Virus record (IMG/VR): IMGVR_UViG_3300002307_000034
Coordinates: 1-64,000 of that record
Length of the DNA: 64,000 nucleotides
Strand: one strand, 5' to 3'
From: a virus
Below the pieces are notes generated by a model. It saw only the letters and a program-made list of their open reading frames with translations. It was not told the origin of the DNA and searched no databases. Shown here piece by piece: positions 25,825 through 35,699 of the stretch. The translations under genes and the position numbers were made by a program. Numbering within the stretch: the first letter of the stretch is position 1; the number at the start of each line of letters is the position of its first letter.

Positions 25825-26835
25825 TTAATTTAAATAATTTTCTTTTGCCCATAAAAAGAAACGATTTAAGCCTTCGTCTAAACTTACTATAGCTTTATAA
25901 TTTAATTCTTTTTTTATTAAAGAAATATCTGGACATCTTCTAAAAGGCTCTGCGCCAGGGTAGGATTCTGGGTAAGGAATAATTTCATATTCTGCAAAAT
26001 TATTAAAAATTTTGCAACACTTATTTGCAAAATCAATCATTGATATTTCAGGTCCTTCTGCTCCTACATTAAAAACATATGGATCATTTGAATCTATTAA
26101 AACTTTTAAAAATCCCACCATTGCATCTGTAATATAACAAAATGTTCTTGTTTGTTTACCATTACCATAAATTTTTATTTTTTCATTTTTTATTAATGAA
26201 TTTGCAAAATTAGGTAATACTCTTAAATCAGATGATAAGATTCCTGGGCCATAAATATTAAATGGACGAACTATAGAAATTTTTGTGTCAAATTCTGTTT
26301 TATAAATATAACATAAAGTTTCACCTAATCTTTTAGATTCATCATAACAACTTCTTGGCCCCAAAGTTGAAACATTTCCAAAATAGCTTTCTGGAGTAGG
26401 AATAAAATTTTCTGCTGGATCTCCATAAATTTCTGAAGATGAAAAAAATAAAAATTTAGATTTATCTTTTTTTGATTTTTCTAATAATAATCTTGTTATA
26501 TCTACCGCTGAATATATAGTTTCTAAAGGTTTTAATTTATAATTTTGAGGACTTGCAATTCCAGCTAAATGAATTATATAATCAAATTTTTCATCAATAC
26601 AATCGCTTATTTTTGCATTTGCTTCAATCCATTTAATATTTTTAACATTAATATTTTCTTTTTTTAAATTATTATCTATTGCTACAACTTCAACGTTTAT
26701 TTTTTTAAATACTTCTATAAAATATTGTCCTATAAAACCAGAAGCACCAGTTATTAGTATTTTTGACCCATCTATTTTATTTAAACTATTTTTAGATCTA
26801 AATATAATTTCTTCTATGTCTTCATTAATAATCAT
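25825..26835 (-). CDS. UDP-glucuronate decarboxylase-like NAD-dependent epimerase/dehydratase
   Basis: ITGASGFIG, HLAGIASP, SSEIYGDP, GPRSCYDESKR, QTRTFCY, RRCPDI. Confidence 0.85.
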   Translation of the reverse strand: MIINEDIEEIIFRSKNSLNKIDGSKILITGASGFIGQYFIEVFKKINVEVVAIDNNLKKENINVKNIKWIEANAKISDCIDEKFDYIIHLAGIASPQNYKLKPLETIYSAVDITRLLLEKSKKDKSKFLFFSSSEIYGDPAENFIPTPESYFGNVSTLGPRSCYDESKRLGETLCYIYKTEFDTKISIVRPFNIYGPGILSSDLRVLPNFANSLIKNEKIKIYGNGKQTRTFCYITDAMVGFLKVLIDSNDPYVFNVGAEGPEISMIDFANKCCKIFNNFAEYEIIPYPESYPGAEPFRRCPDISLIKKELNYKAIVSLDEGLNRFFLWAKENYLN

Positions 26836-26836
26836 T

Positions 26837-26986
26837 TTATTTATTTTTTTTTATCCCAAATTTTTCTAAATATCTAACTATTGTCATATGGCTGCACCCA
26901 GCTTCTTTTGCAATTGTCATAACATCTTTACGCTCTACAATATATCTTTTATAAAGCCAATCTTTTGATTCATATAATTTACTCAT
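26837..26986 (-). CDS. small HTH DNA-binding protein (49 aa)
   Basis: read manually: KLYESKDWLYKRY...TIAKEAGCSHMTIVRYLEKFGI. Confidence 0.75.
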   Translation of the reverse strand: MSKLYESKDWLYKRYIVERKDVMTIAKEAGCSHMTIVRYLEKFGIKKNK

Positions 26987-27549
26987 TTTGTTTTATTATA
27001 AGCAAACCAAGCTATACCAGTTGCGTCGGATACATTGTTATTATCTGTATCAACACCCAAAGATTTAACAAAATCTATAGTTTTTTGTTTACGCATTTCT
27101 CTTATTCTGTTTTTGATCCAGGATTCAGATCTTCCTGGGTATTCTGTTTTGACTCTAATCTTCTCAGCTTTTGTAAAGTTCTTGTTGCCAATGAAGCTCT
27201 GCCATTCAATAGGATGTACTTCAAGTATCTCAAACTGTTCATCTATCAATTCCCCCAAAATTGCTCCGAAAACATAAGCCATTTTTAATCCAGTAGCAGC
27301 TGATCTTACCATTACGGCTGCTTCTAAGGCTATTAGACTTACATCAAGCTCTCCCGAGGCTTTTAATGCACGAATTTTTTTCTTAGCATCTATAATTCTA
27401 TCATATATATTGTTTCCTGTAAAGTGAATTTCACCCCATCGAACGGCTTTTCCATTATCAATTATACAAAAAGCAAAACTATTTGTACTAGCATCAATGC
27501 CTAAAATCTTCTTAGGAGCACTCTTGATAAGATCATTTAGATGAGCCAT
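26983..27549 (-). CDS. RuvC-like Holliday junction resolvase
   Basis: ILGIDAST, IALE, N.SDA.GIA. Confidence 0.8.
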   Translation of the reverse strand: MAHLNDLIKSAPKKILGIDASTNSFAFCIIDNGKAVRWGEIHFTGNNIYDRIIDAKKKIRALKASGELDVSLIALEAAVMVRSAATGLKMAYVFGAILGELIDEQFEILEVHPIEWQSFIGNKNFTKAEKIRVKTEYPGRSESWIKNRIREMRKQKTIDFVKSLGVDTDNNNVSDATGIAWFAYNKTK

Positions 27550-27847
27550 TGAGCATTCCTAGCAATTCTTGTCTTTCTTTTTCCTTAACTTTTCCATGAC
27601 ATCCATAACAAACATCATCTTCGTTATACATAGTTAGCTCTTGATTGCAACCTTTGTTTTTACAAATTCTTTTTTTTCCTGCTAATCTATCCTTTTTAGC
27701 TTGATATTTTTCTTTAATCTTTAAATTAGTTGCTATCCGACAACATTCATCAGAACAATATTTTTGATTATGAGTTTTAGGTTCAAATTTATTAATACCC
27801 TGACAATCTTCATATGCACATATCATAATTCTGTTAATGTCTCCCAC
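27533..27847 (-). CDS. Cys-rich hypothetical protein
   Basis: F.PK.HNQKYCSDECC; second Cys cluster. Confidence 0.65.
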   Translation of the reverse strand: MGDINRIMICAYEDCQGINKFEPKTHNQKYCSDECCRIATNLKIKEKYQAKKDRLAGKKRICKNKGCNQELTMYNEDDVCYGCHGKVKEKERQELLGMLNGSSK

Positions 27848-28548
27848 TGATAATCATTTTTAAAAGACTTTGTTTGAGTTTCATCAAATATATCTTCGTT
27901 ACAATGTAAACCATTTACTCCAATATGAAGTGATCTTGCTGAATGTGGGACTATTGATTTAAGTAAATTGTTTGGAATAACTCTTAAATTTAAATTCCAA
28001 TCCCAGCCAGATGGACCGCCACGTCCGCTTGAATAATTCCAATCCCATGTATCTTTAAAATAATTAACCCATACATCTTTCCATGTAGCCCAAATTAAAC
28101 CTTGAAAACCTGATATTCTAGTTACTAAAGATGGGTCAAATCCTTCTCTTTCTCCTGAAGCAGATATTGTTGCTATTGATAAATCATCTCTATATTTATT
28201 TTCTAAATAATTAAAATATTCACAAATATCTTCAGAAACCATAATGTCGTCTTCTGCTAAAATTACAAAATCATATTCTTCAAATGTTCTATCCAGTGCA
28301 AACCAAGTATTTGCAGCACAGCCCATAACTTTATTATTGATATCTACATTTATCATTATGCCAATTTTTGTAGCAAAATCATTTATAATTTCACATATCT
28401 CATTTGTTTTGTCAGAAGGTTCAATTTTAAAATAAATATCATATTCTTGAATTGATCTTACTTTTGACCAGGATTCTAAAGTTTGTTTTAAATATTCTGT
28501 ACGGTCAAATGCAGTAAATACTATTGCTTTTCTACTTAGTGTAATCAT
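27823..28548 (-). CDS. GT-A fold glycosyltransferase (GT2/GT13-like)
   Basis: TAFDR.EYLKQTLES, ILAEDDI, W.TW, S.HIG..G.H. Confidence 0.8.
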   Translation of the reverse strand: MITLSRKAIVFTAFDRTEYLKQTLESWSKVRSIQEYDIYFKIEPSDKTNEICEIINDFATKIGIMINVDINNKVMGCAANTWFALDRTFEEYDFVILAEDDIMVSEDICEYFNYLENKYRDDLSIATISASGEREGFDPSLVTRISGFQGLIWATWKDVWVNYFKDTWDWNYSSGRGGPSGWDWNLNLRVIPNNLLKSIVPHSARSLHIGVNGLHCNEDIFDETQTKSFKNDYQWETLTEL

Positions 28549-29324
28549 AACTTAGTCTCCATTGCGGGATATTGAACTTCTCCTTCTTTGTCTTTCATAT
28601 CTTTCCAGCATGCATCGAATACTGGACATCCTTTGCAGGCCCATGTAGATTTTGTAAAAGCTCTATTTGGTAAAGTATCATCAACATGTAATTGTTTTAC
28701 TCCACGAAGCCAATCAAATACATAATCAATTAGTTCTTGATTTTTTAAATCCATTTGAATTGGTATAAAGACTAGGGAATTGTCATCTTTATTTTCATAA
28801 ACAAAGCAACCTTCTTTGTATCCCCAAATTTTCATATAAGTTAATAATTGAATTCTGTGGTTATCTGATGGTTCTTTACTGATAGCTTTTATATTATACT
28901 GTGCATCTTTTGCAGATTTGATTTCAAGTGGAACAATTTGATCGTTGTCCATATCTTCAATAAGTGTATCAAGAAATCCTCTTATAGGTGGATCATCATA
29001 AGTTGTTTCAACTTCATGAGCAATAACTTTATAAGATTTATGCATTTTGCTCAATCTTTGTTGCAATCTATCATGGACAAAACTTCCATTTTCCATATTA
29101 GCTTTTGCCTGTGGTTTGGCGGTATCCCTAAAATCTGCACCATTAAAAGCTATGAACCAATAACGTGCACAATTTCCATGTCCATATCCTAATGTACTGG
29201 GGGAAAAAGTTTTCTTTTCGGTAAATCCAGCTTTACTTTCATAAGTATCTTCAAATTCTTGTGCAAATTTTACTGGATCAAATCCATTTTTCTTTTTTAA
29301 CTTAAGTGTGGATATAGATCCCAA
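28545..29324 (-). CDS. Cas4-like PD-(D/E)xK exonuclease
   Basis: C.RY, G..VH, GFLD...LEIKS, Q...Y, CKGCP....C. Confidence 0.85.
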   Translation of the reverse strand: MGSISTLKLKKKNGFDPVKFAQEFEDTYESKAGFTEKKTFSPSTLGYGHGNCARYWFIAFNGADFRDTAKPQAKANMENGSFVHDRLQQRLSKMHKSYKVIAHEVETTYDDPPIRGFLDTLIEDMDNDQIVPLEIKSAKDAQYNIKAISKEPSDNHRIQLLTYMKIWGYKEGCFVYENKDDNSLVFIPIQMDLKNQELIDYVFDWLRGVKQLHVDDTLPNRAFTKSTWACKGCPVFDACWKDMKDKEGEVQYPAMETKL

Positions 29325-29654
29325 TTATGCTCCAAATCTTGCTGAGTATTTCAGGGCATCAACAAGTTTATCTACTGTATCAGCTGCTGTGTAATATGTG
29401 TTTTTTTTCTTTGAAGCATCCCCACCTTTTTCAAAGGTGGTGTAGTACCTAGCTTGCATAGCAAACTTTGCACTAATGGCTTGAAGTTGCACAATTAAAG
29501 ATAATGCTTTGGCAGAAGGTACGTCTGGCTTAGTAATAAGTTTAATAATTAAATCAAGTGCTGCATCTAAATCTTTATCATTCATAAATTCAGACATGTC
29601 ATTAAATTCTGTTATTTGACTAATCTGTTCTATTACTGTTGATTGCTCTGTCAT
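29325..29654 (-). CDS. hypothetical helical protein
   Basis: operon context. Confidence 0.65.
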   Translation of the reverse strand: MTEQSTVIEQISQITEFNDMSEFMNDKDLDAALDLIIKLITKPDVPSAKALSLIVQLQAISAKFAMQARYYTTFEKGGDASKKKNTYYTAADTVDKLVDALKYSARFGA

Positions 29655-29806
29655 AATTTACCAATCAATACATAGCCAAGCCATAGCCCAAATATACCCA
29701 TAAGACCTGCAAAAACTGGAGGTGCTGGAACTGGAAGTTTAAATAAAGCAAAAACTGCTCCTACACCCATACCAGTTACTGTTGTTTTAATAATTTCAAC
29801 GATCAT
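29651..29806 (-). CDS. XapX / DUF1427-family small membrane protein (51 aa)
   Basis: read manually: G..VG.VF...KLPVPAPP.FAG.MGI.G.WLGY. Confidence 0.75.
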   Translation of the reverse strand: MIVEIIKTTVTGMGVGAVFALFKLPVPAPPVFAGLMGIFGLWLGYVLIGKL

Positions 29807-29948
29807 TTTTTTTAACTAACTGTTGTGTATGTTTTACAATATATGGACCAATGATTGCTTTAATTGTTCCATCTTTACGCATTTTAACGATATTCCCATT
29901 TTTGATTTGAGTATCATTAAATGGATGAGATCCTCTATGCTTTCCCAT
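29796..29948 (-). CDS. small hypothetical protein (50 aa)
   Basis: read manually: MGKHRGSHPFNDTQIKNGNIVKMRKDGTIK...; overlaps both neighbours. Confidence 0.55.
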   Translation of the reverse strand: MGKHRGSHPFNDTQIKNGNIVKMRKDGTIKAIIGPYIVKHTQQLVKKNDR

Positions 29949-30249
29949 TTTCTTTCTCCCAACATTCTATTAATTGTTCTAATAATTCCCATTCAATAAC
30001 TGCAAGACGAGTTTTTTTGCTTTCTTCTCCTAAAATTAATTTAAGAACTGGATATTTATCTCTACTGACTTTAAAAGTGTCTGTGCATATTTTTGCCCAT
30101 ATTTCCTTACTAATGGAAATTGACTTTGAGTACTCTTTATAATCAACGACAAAATCATGCCATGTAGCATCACCTTTTTGATAAGCTCCACGTCCTGAAT
30201 TTTTTTGTGCTTTTGCTCCATCACGTTTTACTTCTCCACGCTCAGTCAA
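29935..30249 (-). CDS. PD-(D/E)xK Holliday junction resolvase-like nuclease
   Basis: NSGRG..KGD....VVDYKE. Confidence 0.65.
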   Translation of the reverse strand: MTERGEVKRDGAKAQKNSGRGAYQKGDATWHDFVVDYKEYSKSISISKEIWAKICTDTFKVSRDKYPVLKLILGEESKKTRLAVIEWELLEQLIECWEKENGKA

Positions 30250-30430
30250 GTTGCATTTCCGATCTATGATTTTGAGAACATACCCACACTATTTTAGAAG
30301 CTCCTCTATCCCAATATGCAATATTAGAAGATTCTTTACAGTATTTGCATCCATAACTTCCATAAAGCTTTTCCCATTTTTCTAAATCTTTTGTTTGAGA
30401 ATTATTTACAAAATCATTAATCTTACTCAT
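30242..30430 (-). CDS. small zinc-binding protein
   Basis: CKYC...C..NH. Confidence 0.55.
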   Translation of the reverse strand: MSKINDFVNNSQTKDLEKWEKLYGSYGCKYCKESSNIAYWDRGASKIVWVCSQNHRSEMQLD

Positions 30431-31421
30431 ATAAAGAAGTTTTTAAACTTTCTACTATTTCAGGGTTAGATCGTAAATATTCAATAGCTTTATTTCTTCC
30501 CTGCAATCTTTCTTCTCCTACAGTATACCAAGCTCCGCCTTTTTGAACTTTGCCCATCATTTCAGAAGCATCTAAGACTTCACCAATTTCATCAACGCCT
30601 ACTTTTTCACCTTGGTAGTAAAAGTCATATTGACCAGATTGTCCCATTGGTCCGAGTTTGTTATAATCAACGATCCAGTTGACAGGCCTTCCAACTTTTT
30701 GTTCAAGAATCTTGTCCCCAACTTGGATTCCAGATTTAATAGCATTCGCTTCAGCTTCTGATGACCAAAGCTTGATGACGGTGCTGGAGAAAAATTTAAC
30801 TGCCATTCCCCCTGTCGGGATGTGGCTTGCATGCATAGAACCAAATTGATTTCTTTGCTGAGAAATAAGAACGAGTAGCGTATTTTTATTGGCGTAGTTA
30901 AGCATTTTAACTGCATGCGTCATGTCCTTTGCTTCTGCACCAATTTGTTTGGTGTCTTCAAGTTTCTTTAACTCATCACTATCTTTTTCAAAGTAAATTG
31001 CAGGAAGCAATGCTGAAATTGAATCTACTACTATTATATCAACTCCAGCTTCCATAAGCTGCTGTGCTACATCTACCATATCATTAATAGTTTTAGCTTG
31101 TGAGTAAATAAGAGAAGATGAATCTACTCCAAGTTTTTCTGCCCACTCAGCGGAATAAGAATGCTCAGAATCAATCCAGGCACATGTTTTTCCTTCTTTT
31201 TGAGCCATGCCAATCATTTGTAAACAAAATGATGACTTACCAGCAGACTTGTTTCCCCAAACAAGAACCTGCCTACCATAACCTAAACCGCCCTTTAAAG
31301 CTAAGTTTAAGCTGATGCTTGGAGTTTTTTGACGTTCTGCATCTACTCCAGTAGCCATTTGAACTCGTTGTCTTGTTTTTGGATCAAGTGCAGCGAGTAT
31401 CTTTTCTGCTAGCATTGTCAT
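30423..31421 (-). CDS. recA: RecA/UvsX recombinase
   Basis: LN.AL.GG...G, GNKSAGKS, WIDSE, IVVDSISAL, PTGG.A.KF, GAWY. Confidence 0.93.
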   Translation of the reverse strand: MTMLAEKILAALDPKTRQRVQMATGVDAERQKTPSISLNLALKGGLGYGRQVLVWGNKSAGKSSFCLQMIGMAQKEGKTCAWIDSEHSYSAEWAEKLGVDSSSLIYSQAKTINDMVDVAQQLMEAGVDIIVVDSISALLPAIYFEKDSDELKKLEDTKQIGAEAKDMTHAVKMLNYANKNTLLVLISQQRNQFGSMHASHIPTGGMAVKFFSSTVIKLWSSEAEANAIKSGIQVGDKILEQKVGRPVNWIVDYNKLGPMGQSGQYDFYYQGEKVGVDEIGEVLDASEMMGKVQKGGAWYTVGEERLQGRNKAIEYLRSNPEIVESLKTSLYE

Positions 31422-31424
31422 ATT

Positions 31425-31688
31425 TTATTCTGTTACCGATTCTGCAACTGGAACATCTTTCATTTCAACTAATGTAAAATTAACTGATTTATCTTCTTGT
31501 TGATTAAGTGCAATTGTAAAGTTGCTATAATCTGTAAGCAAATCTTCAATCTTAACATTAACTTCACCGACAGTTTTTACAATTGATGCAAGAATTTGTT
31601 CAATTGAAATATTTATATTATTTGATGGTTGTGTTGCTTCATCAAGAGTATTTTCTACTACTGATCCTGTATTATTTTCTTCTGTCAT
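31425..31688 (-). CDS. hypothetical protein
   Basis: operon context. Confidence 0.6.
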   Translation of the reverse strand: MTEENNTGSVVENTLDEATQPSNNINISIEQILASIVKTVGEVNVKIEDLLTDYSNFTIALNQQEDKSVNFTLVEMKDVPVAESVTE

Positions 31689-34600
31689 TGTATATCCTTT
31701 ACGTATTTAGTTCCGTCATCCAATTCTGAAACGACGGGTGAACAGAAAGACCCTACTCGCATCTTTCCTAAAGCAGCTGTGTACATCTTTGGAAAAGCAA
31801 TAACACGCTGCATTTCTTTATTTTCGTCACAATAAATTATGTGAGCCATCATTTTATTTGCTTTTGTTTTATAGTGGGTAAAATCCACAACATATTTTTT
31901 ATTTTCTGGAATACCCAAATCTTTATTATGCATATAATTAATAAATGGATCTTCTTTGCTATTAACTACATCCTCTATTGTAACATATCTATGAATTCTA
32001 TTGTCGCCTACTAAAAAGAAATACATATTTCCCGTCTCAATTTGTGTATTTTCATTATGGAAAATACCAATAGAACCTGTGTCGTCTACCAATTCTACAC
32101 GAGACCAACCTTTACCTTTTTTAATTGATCTAACCATAGCCTGAAGAATAAATGTTCCTTCTTCAAGAAACTCTTCAAGTGGAGTAATTTGAGATCTAAT
32201 ATAAGGAGTAAGACCTTTGACATCAAACTTTGGAATACCTAAATATTCATAATAATTTTTAGACTCTTCACCAGTTCTTGGATTGTCATCAAAAGCCAAT
32301 GCTCCAATTTCATTTAAAGCAGATATTGCTCTTGAATTAATGCCAGAACCTTTTGTTCCAGCAATATCTAAAACATTTTTATACGAAGTAAACGGTCTTG
32401 CATTTACAATCTTTTTTCCAATATTTTCAGATATATACTTAATATTAGCAAGCCCAAATCTAATGCTATTACCTTGAATGTTAAAATCAAGATCGGATTC
32501 ATTAATATGTGGAAGAAGTACTTTTATTCCAAGTCTCTTTGCTTCCAATAAATATTCTGTTCTGGCATCTTTGTCTTTTTCGTTTTTAAGAAGAGCAAAA
32601 ACAAACTCGAGCGGATAATAATGCTTAAGCCAAGCAGTCCAATAGCCAAGCATAGAGTAAGCAACAGCGTGAGAACGGTTAAAGGAATAGCCAGCGTGAG
32701 CCTCAAAATCATGCCACAAATGCTCAGCATCTTCTTTAGAAATATAATTTCTTGCACCCTCAATAAATTTATCTTTGAATACATCAAATTCCTTTGCATC
32801 TTTCTTCTTACCAATAATCTTTCTTACTTTATCAGCTTCAGACCATGACATCCCGCCCAAGTGTACGCAAGCTTGCATAACCTGTTCTTGATAAATAATA
32901 ACCCCGTATGTTCTCTCCGTGAAAGGCTTCATGACTGGATGGACATACGTAACCATTTTATCGCCATTTTTTCTTCCAACATATTCGGCACCTACAGTAT
33001 TCATAGCTCCTGGGCGAACAAGTGCATTGGATGCAACTAAATCTTCAAAATTGCTAACACCCATTTTAATCAAAAGATTTGTATAAGGCGTTGCTTCTGC
33101 TTGAAAGACTCCTTTAGTAAATCCATTTGAAAGATCATAAAAAATTTCTTTATCATCTAGTGGTAATGAATTAAGATCAATATCTTTTCCGTGTCTATCT
33201 TTAATCATGTTAACAGTATCTTGAATAACAGATAAAGTTTTAAGTCCAAGTACGTCAAATTTAATCAAACCAATATCTGCTGCTTGATCCATATCATACG
33301 CAACAACTGGGACACGACCTGAGACTTCTTCATCTTTATCGCTTCGTGTTTCAATTGGTGCATATTTAGAAATTGGCTCCTTAGCAACAACTACTCCAGC
33401 TGCGTGAATTCCAACGGAACGAATTCGTCCACGAAGATCGGATGCAAATTGTAAAACCTCCGGATATTTTTGTTTAAACCAATCAACATTTTTATTTGAC
33501 TCAAATTCTTCAAATGTTTCAACACCTTTAAGGGCTTTATTAATTTCACCCAAAGGTACGTCAAATACTCTACCTGCATCACGCACAACACCTTTATCTT
33601 TAAAATATTGATATGTTGAAATTGATGCTACATTTTTAAACTTTTTACGAAGATAATCTTTAACTTCACCACGACGGCGGTCCATAAAGTCTGTATCAAT
33701 ATCTGGAAAGTCATTACGTTCAGGATTAATAAAACGGAAAAACAATAAGTCAAACTTAATTGGGTCTACTTCAGTAATACCCAATAGATAACATGTTAAA
33801 GATCCTGCTGCTGATCCACGTCCTGGGCCAACCATGATTTGGTTTTCTTTTGCCCAACGTACCATGTCGCCAACAACAAGAAAATAACTACTAAATTCTT
33901 TATCTTTAATAACTTGAAGTTCTTCTTCAAGTCTTTCTTTGTATTGATCATTTTCTAATCCTTTTTCTTTTAAAGATTCTTTGCACATCTCGATAAGTTG
34001 TTTATGTGCATCTTTTTTTGGCTTTGGCAAAAGCTGAAGGTTTTCATGAAATTCATACTCTTCAACCTTGTTTGCAATTTCTTGAGTATTTAAATAAATT
34101 TCATCTGACCAGTTACTTCCAAAATCAAATCTAATTTCATCTATATTTTGAATATAAACGTTGATGTTTTGAAATGAAATTGGACGGTCAGGATATAAAT
34201 GATTAAATCTTTCAAATATATCTTTAAACTTTTTACCTGATTCGTAATTTGCACCTTCTGCAATATCAGGCTTTGTTGAAAGAATTAATAAAGCTTCTTC
34301 TAAGGCTTTTTGTTCTTTTGTTGCATAATGGCAATCGCCAGTTGCAACTAACTTAATTCCTAACTTTCTGCCTATATCAACCAATCCATCATTAATTTCT
34401 TTATCGTTATGTGATTGAACTTCTAGGTAAAAATCATCTTTAAATCTTTTTTGAAACCAATTCGCATACTCAAAAGCTTTATCCATATCATTACGCTGAA
34501 TAGCTTTTGCAATAAGACCATTCATGCATCCAGATAAAACTATTAGCCCGTCTCCGTATTCTTCAAGAACCTCCAGGTCAATGCGTGGCTTGCGATAATA

Positions 34601-34954
34601 TCCTTCTGTCCATGCAATTTCAGAAAGCTTTTGCAAATTTTTTAATCCATCATTATTTTTTGCAAGCAAGATAATATGATTGAATACCTGAGTATTGTCA
34701 TCACGCTTTTTAATGTCACGCTTATCAAAACGATCTGTAGCAGATATATATGCTTCTATACCGAGTATTGGTTTCATTCCCAGCTTTTTAGCTGCAACTT
34801 GCATTTCTCTATGTGATGCCAATGTTCCGTGATCTGTTATGGCCATTGCTGTTTGCCCTGCATTTTTTGCAGCAGTCAAAAGCTCTTCAGCAGAACACAA
34901 ACCATCCATTAAAGAATAGTGCGAGTGCACATGTAAATGTGTGAAATTCACCAA
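31685..34954 (-). CDS. dnaE: DNA polymerase III alpha subunit
   Basis: PHP domain HLHVHSHYS, GRGSAAGS, PDIDTDF, HAAG, KFD.LGL, YSFNRSHA. Confidence 0.96.
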   Translation of the reverse strand: MVNFTHLHVHSHYSLMDGLCSAEELLTAAKNAGQTAMAITDHGTLASHREMQVAAKKLGMKPILGIEAYISATDRFDKRDIKKRDDNTQVFNHIILLAKNNDGLKNLQKLSEIAWTEGYYRKPRIDLEVLEEYGDGLIVLSGCMNGLIAKAIQRNDMDKAFEYANWFQKRFKDDFYLEVQSHNDKEINDGLVDIGRKLGIKLVATGDCHYATKEQKALEEALLILSTKPDIAEGANYESGKKFKDIFERFNHLYPDRPISFQNINVYIQNIDEIRFDFGSNWSDEIYLNTQEIANKVEEYEFHENLQLLPKPKKDAHKQLIEMCKESLKEKGLENDQYKERLEEELQVIKDKEFSSYFLVVGDMVRWAKENQIMVGPGRGSAAGSLTCYLLGITEVDPIKFDLLFFRFINPERNDFPDIDTDFMDRRRGEVKDYLRKKFKNVASISTYQYFKDKGVVRDAGRVFDVPLGEINKALKGVETFEEFESNKNVDWFKQKYPEVLQFASDLRGRIRSVGIHAAGVVVAKEPISKYAPIETRSDKDEEVSGRVPVVAYDMDQAADIGLIKFDVLGLKTLSVIQDTVNMIKDRHGKDIDLNSLPLDDKEIFYDLSNGFTKGVFQAEATPYTNLLIKMGVSNFEDLVASNALVRPGAMNTVGAEYVGRKNGDKMVTYVHPVMKPFTERTYGVIIYQEQVMQACVHLGGMSWSEADKVRKIIGKKKDAKEFDVFKDKFIEGARNYISKEDAEHLWHDFEAHAGYSFNRSHAVAYSMLGYWTAWLKHYYPLEFVFALLKNEKDKDARTEYLLEAKRLGIKVLLPHINESDLDFNIQGNSIRFGLANIKYISENIGKKIVNARPFTSYKNVLDIAGTKGSGINSRAISALNEIGALAFDDNPRTGEESKNYYEYLGIPKFDVKGLTPYIRSQITPLEEFLEEGTFILQAMVRSIKKGKGWSRVELVDDTGSIGIFHNENTQIETGNMYFFLVGDNRIHRYVTIEDVVNSKEDPFINYMHNKDLGIPENKKYVVDFTHYKTKANKMMAHIIYCDENKEMQRVIAFPKMYTAALGKMRVGSFCSPVVSELDDGTKYVKDIQ

Positions 34955-34974
34955 TACTCCAGTTTTAGTTTAGA

Positions 34975-35646
34975 TTACCACTCAACAGATGCTGATGTGG
35001 ATGACTCTAAAGATGAGTCTGAGGTAACTCCCATATAGAAGTTTTCTTGTTCAACGTAAGGAACATTTCTAACTGCTGTCTTTTCAAGTTCAAAAAGCTC
35101 AAGCTTATCAAAATCAATTGGCTTTACTTCAGCTGTTGGAAGTGGAATGATGCTATAACTTGTATCAGTTTTTTCACCTGTTCTCTTTAGCTTCCATGTA
35201 AGATTTGTAATGCTATTAGTTTCTGTAGCATATTGACTAATTTCTGGTGTTGCTGACTTTGGCCCAGTTCCCTGAGAAAAGATTGCAACATATGGATCTT
35301 CTGTTCCATCATCAACTAAAACATTGATATAGAAACGTGGACGACCCTTCCAGCCATCTTTTGGATTGCGACGGTGTTGTTCACAACCAAAACATTGACC
35401 TAAATCATCAATTGTGCAAAGTGCCTTTCGACGATAATCTTTTGGATTTGTATGTTCAATTGCAATAAAGCCTAAGCCAGCTTTATTATTGTAATGTTCT
35501 GAATCTGGATCAATTTCCTGTAAAAATCTAATCTTTACTGATTGTCCATCTTTAACTTGAAGCCATCTGCCTTTTACGCCAGACTCGCTTGATGTTGGCT
35601 TGTCCATGGCCTTGTTGATTGCTGCTAGACCTGTTATTACTCCCAT
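34975..35646 (-). CDS. single-stranded DNA-binding protein (gp32-like)
   Basis: V.IRFL, Zn ligands H/C/CFGC, KRTG..T.Y, acidic tail ending in W; between primase and DnaE. Confidence 0.7.
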   Translation of the reverse strand: MGVITGLAAINKAMDKPTSSESGVKGRWLQVKDGQSVKIRFLQEIDPDSEHYNNKAGLGFIAIEHTNPKDYRRKALCTIDDLGQCFGCEQHRRNPKDGWKGRPRFYINVLVDDGTEDPYVAIFSQGTGPKSATPEISQYATETNSITNLTWKLKRTGEKTDTSYSIIPLPTAEVKPIDFDKLELFELEKTAVRNVPYVEQENFYMGVTSDSSLESSTSASVEW

Positions 35647-35699
35647 GTATATCTCCTTGTGTATGGGGCTGTATTATGCCCTGTGAACCTATTATATCA

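Noticed and set aside
28545-29324. CRISPR-Cas system suggested by the Cas4-like gene
   Set aside because: No repeat-spacer array or other cas genes seen; stand-alone Cas4-like nucleases are common in phage recombination modules
35655-35690. Autoregulatory structure in the SSB leader (T4 gene 32-like)
   Set aside because: Only a 4-bp GGGC/GCCC hairpin; too weak to support
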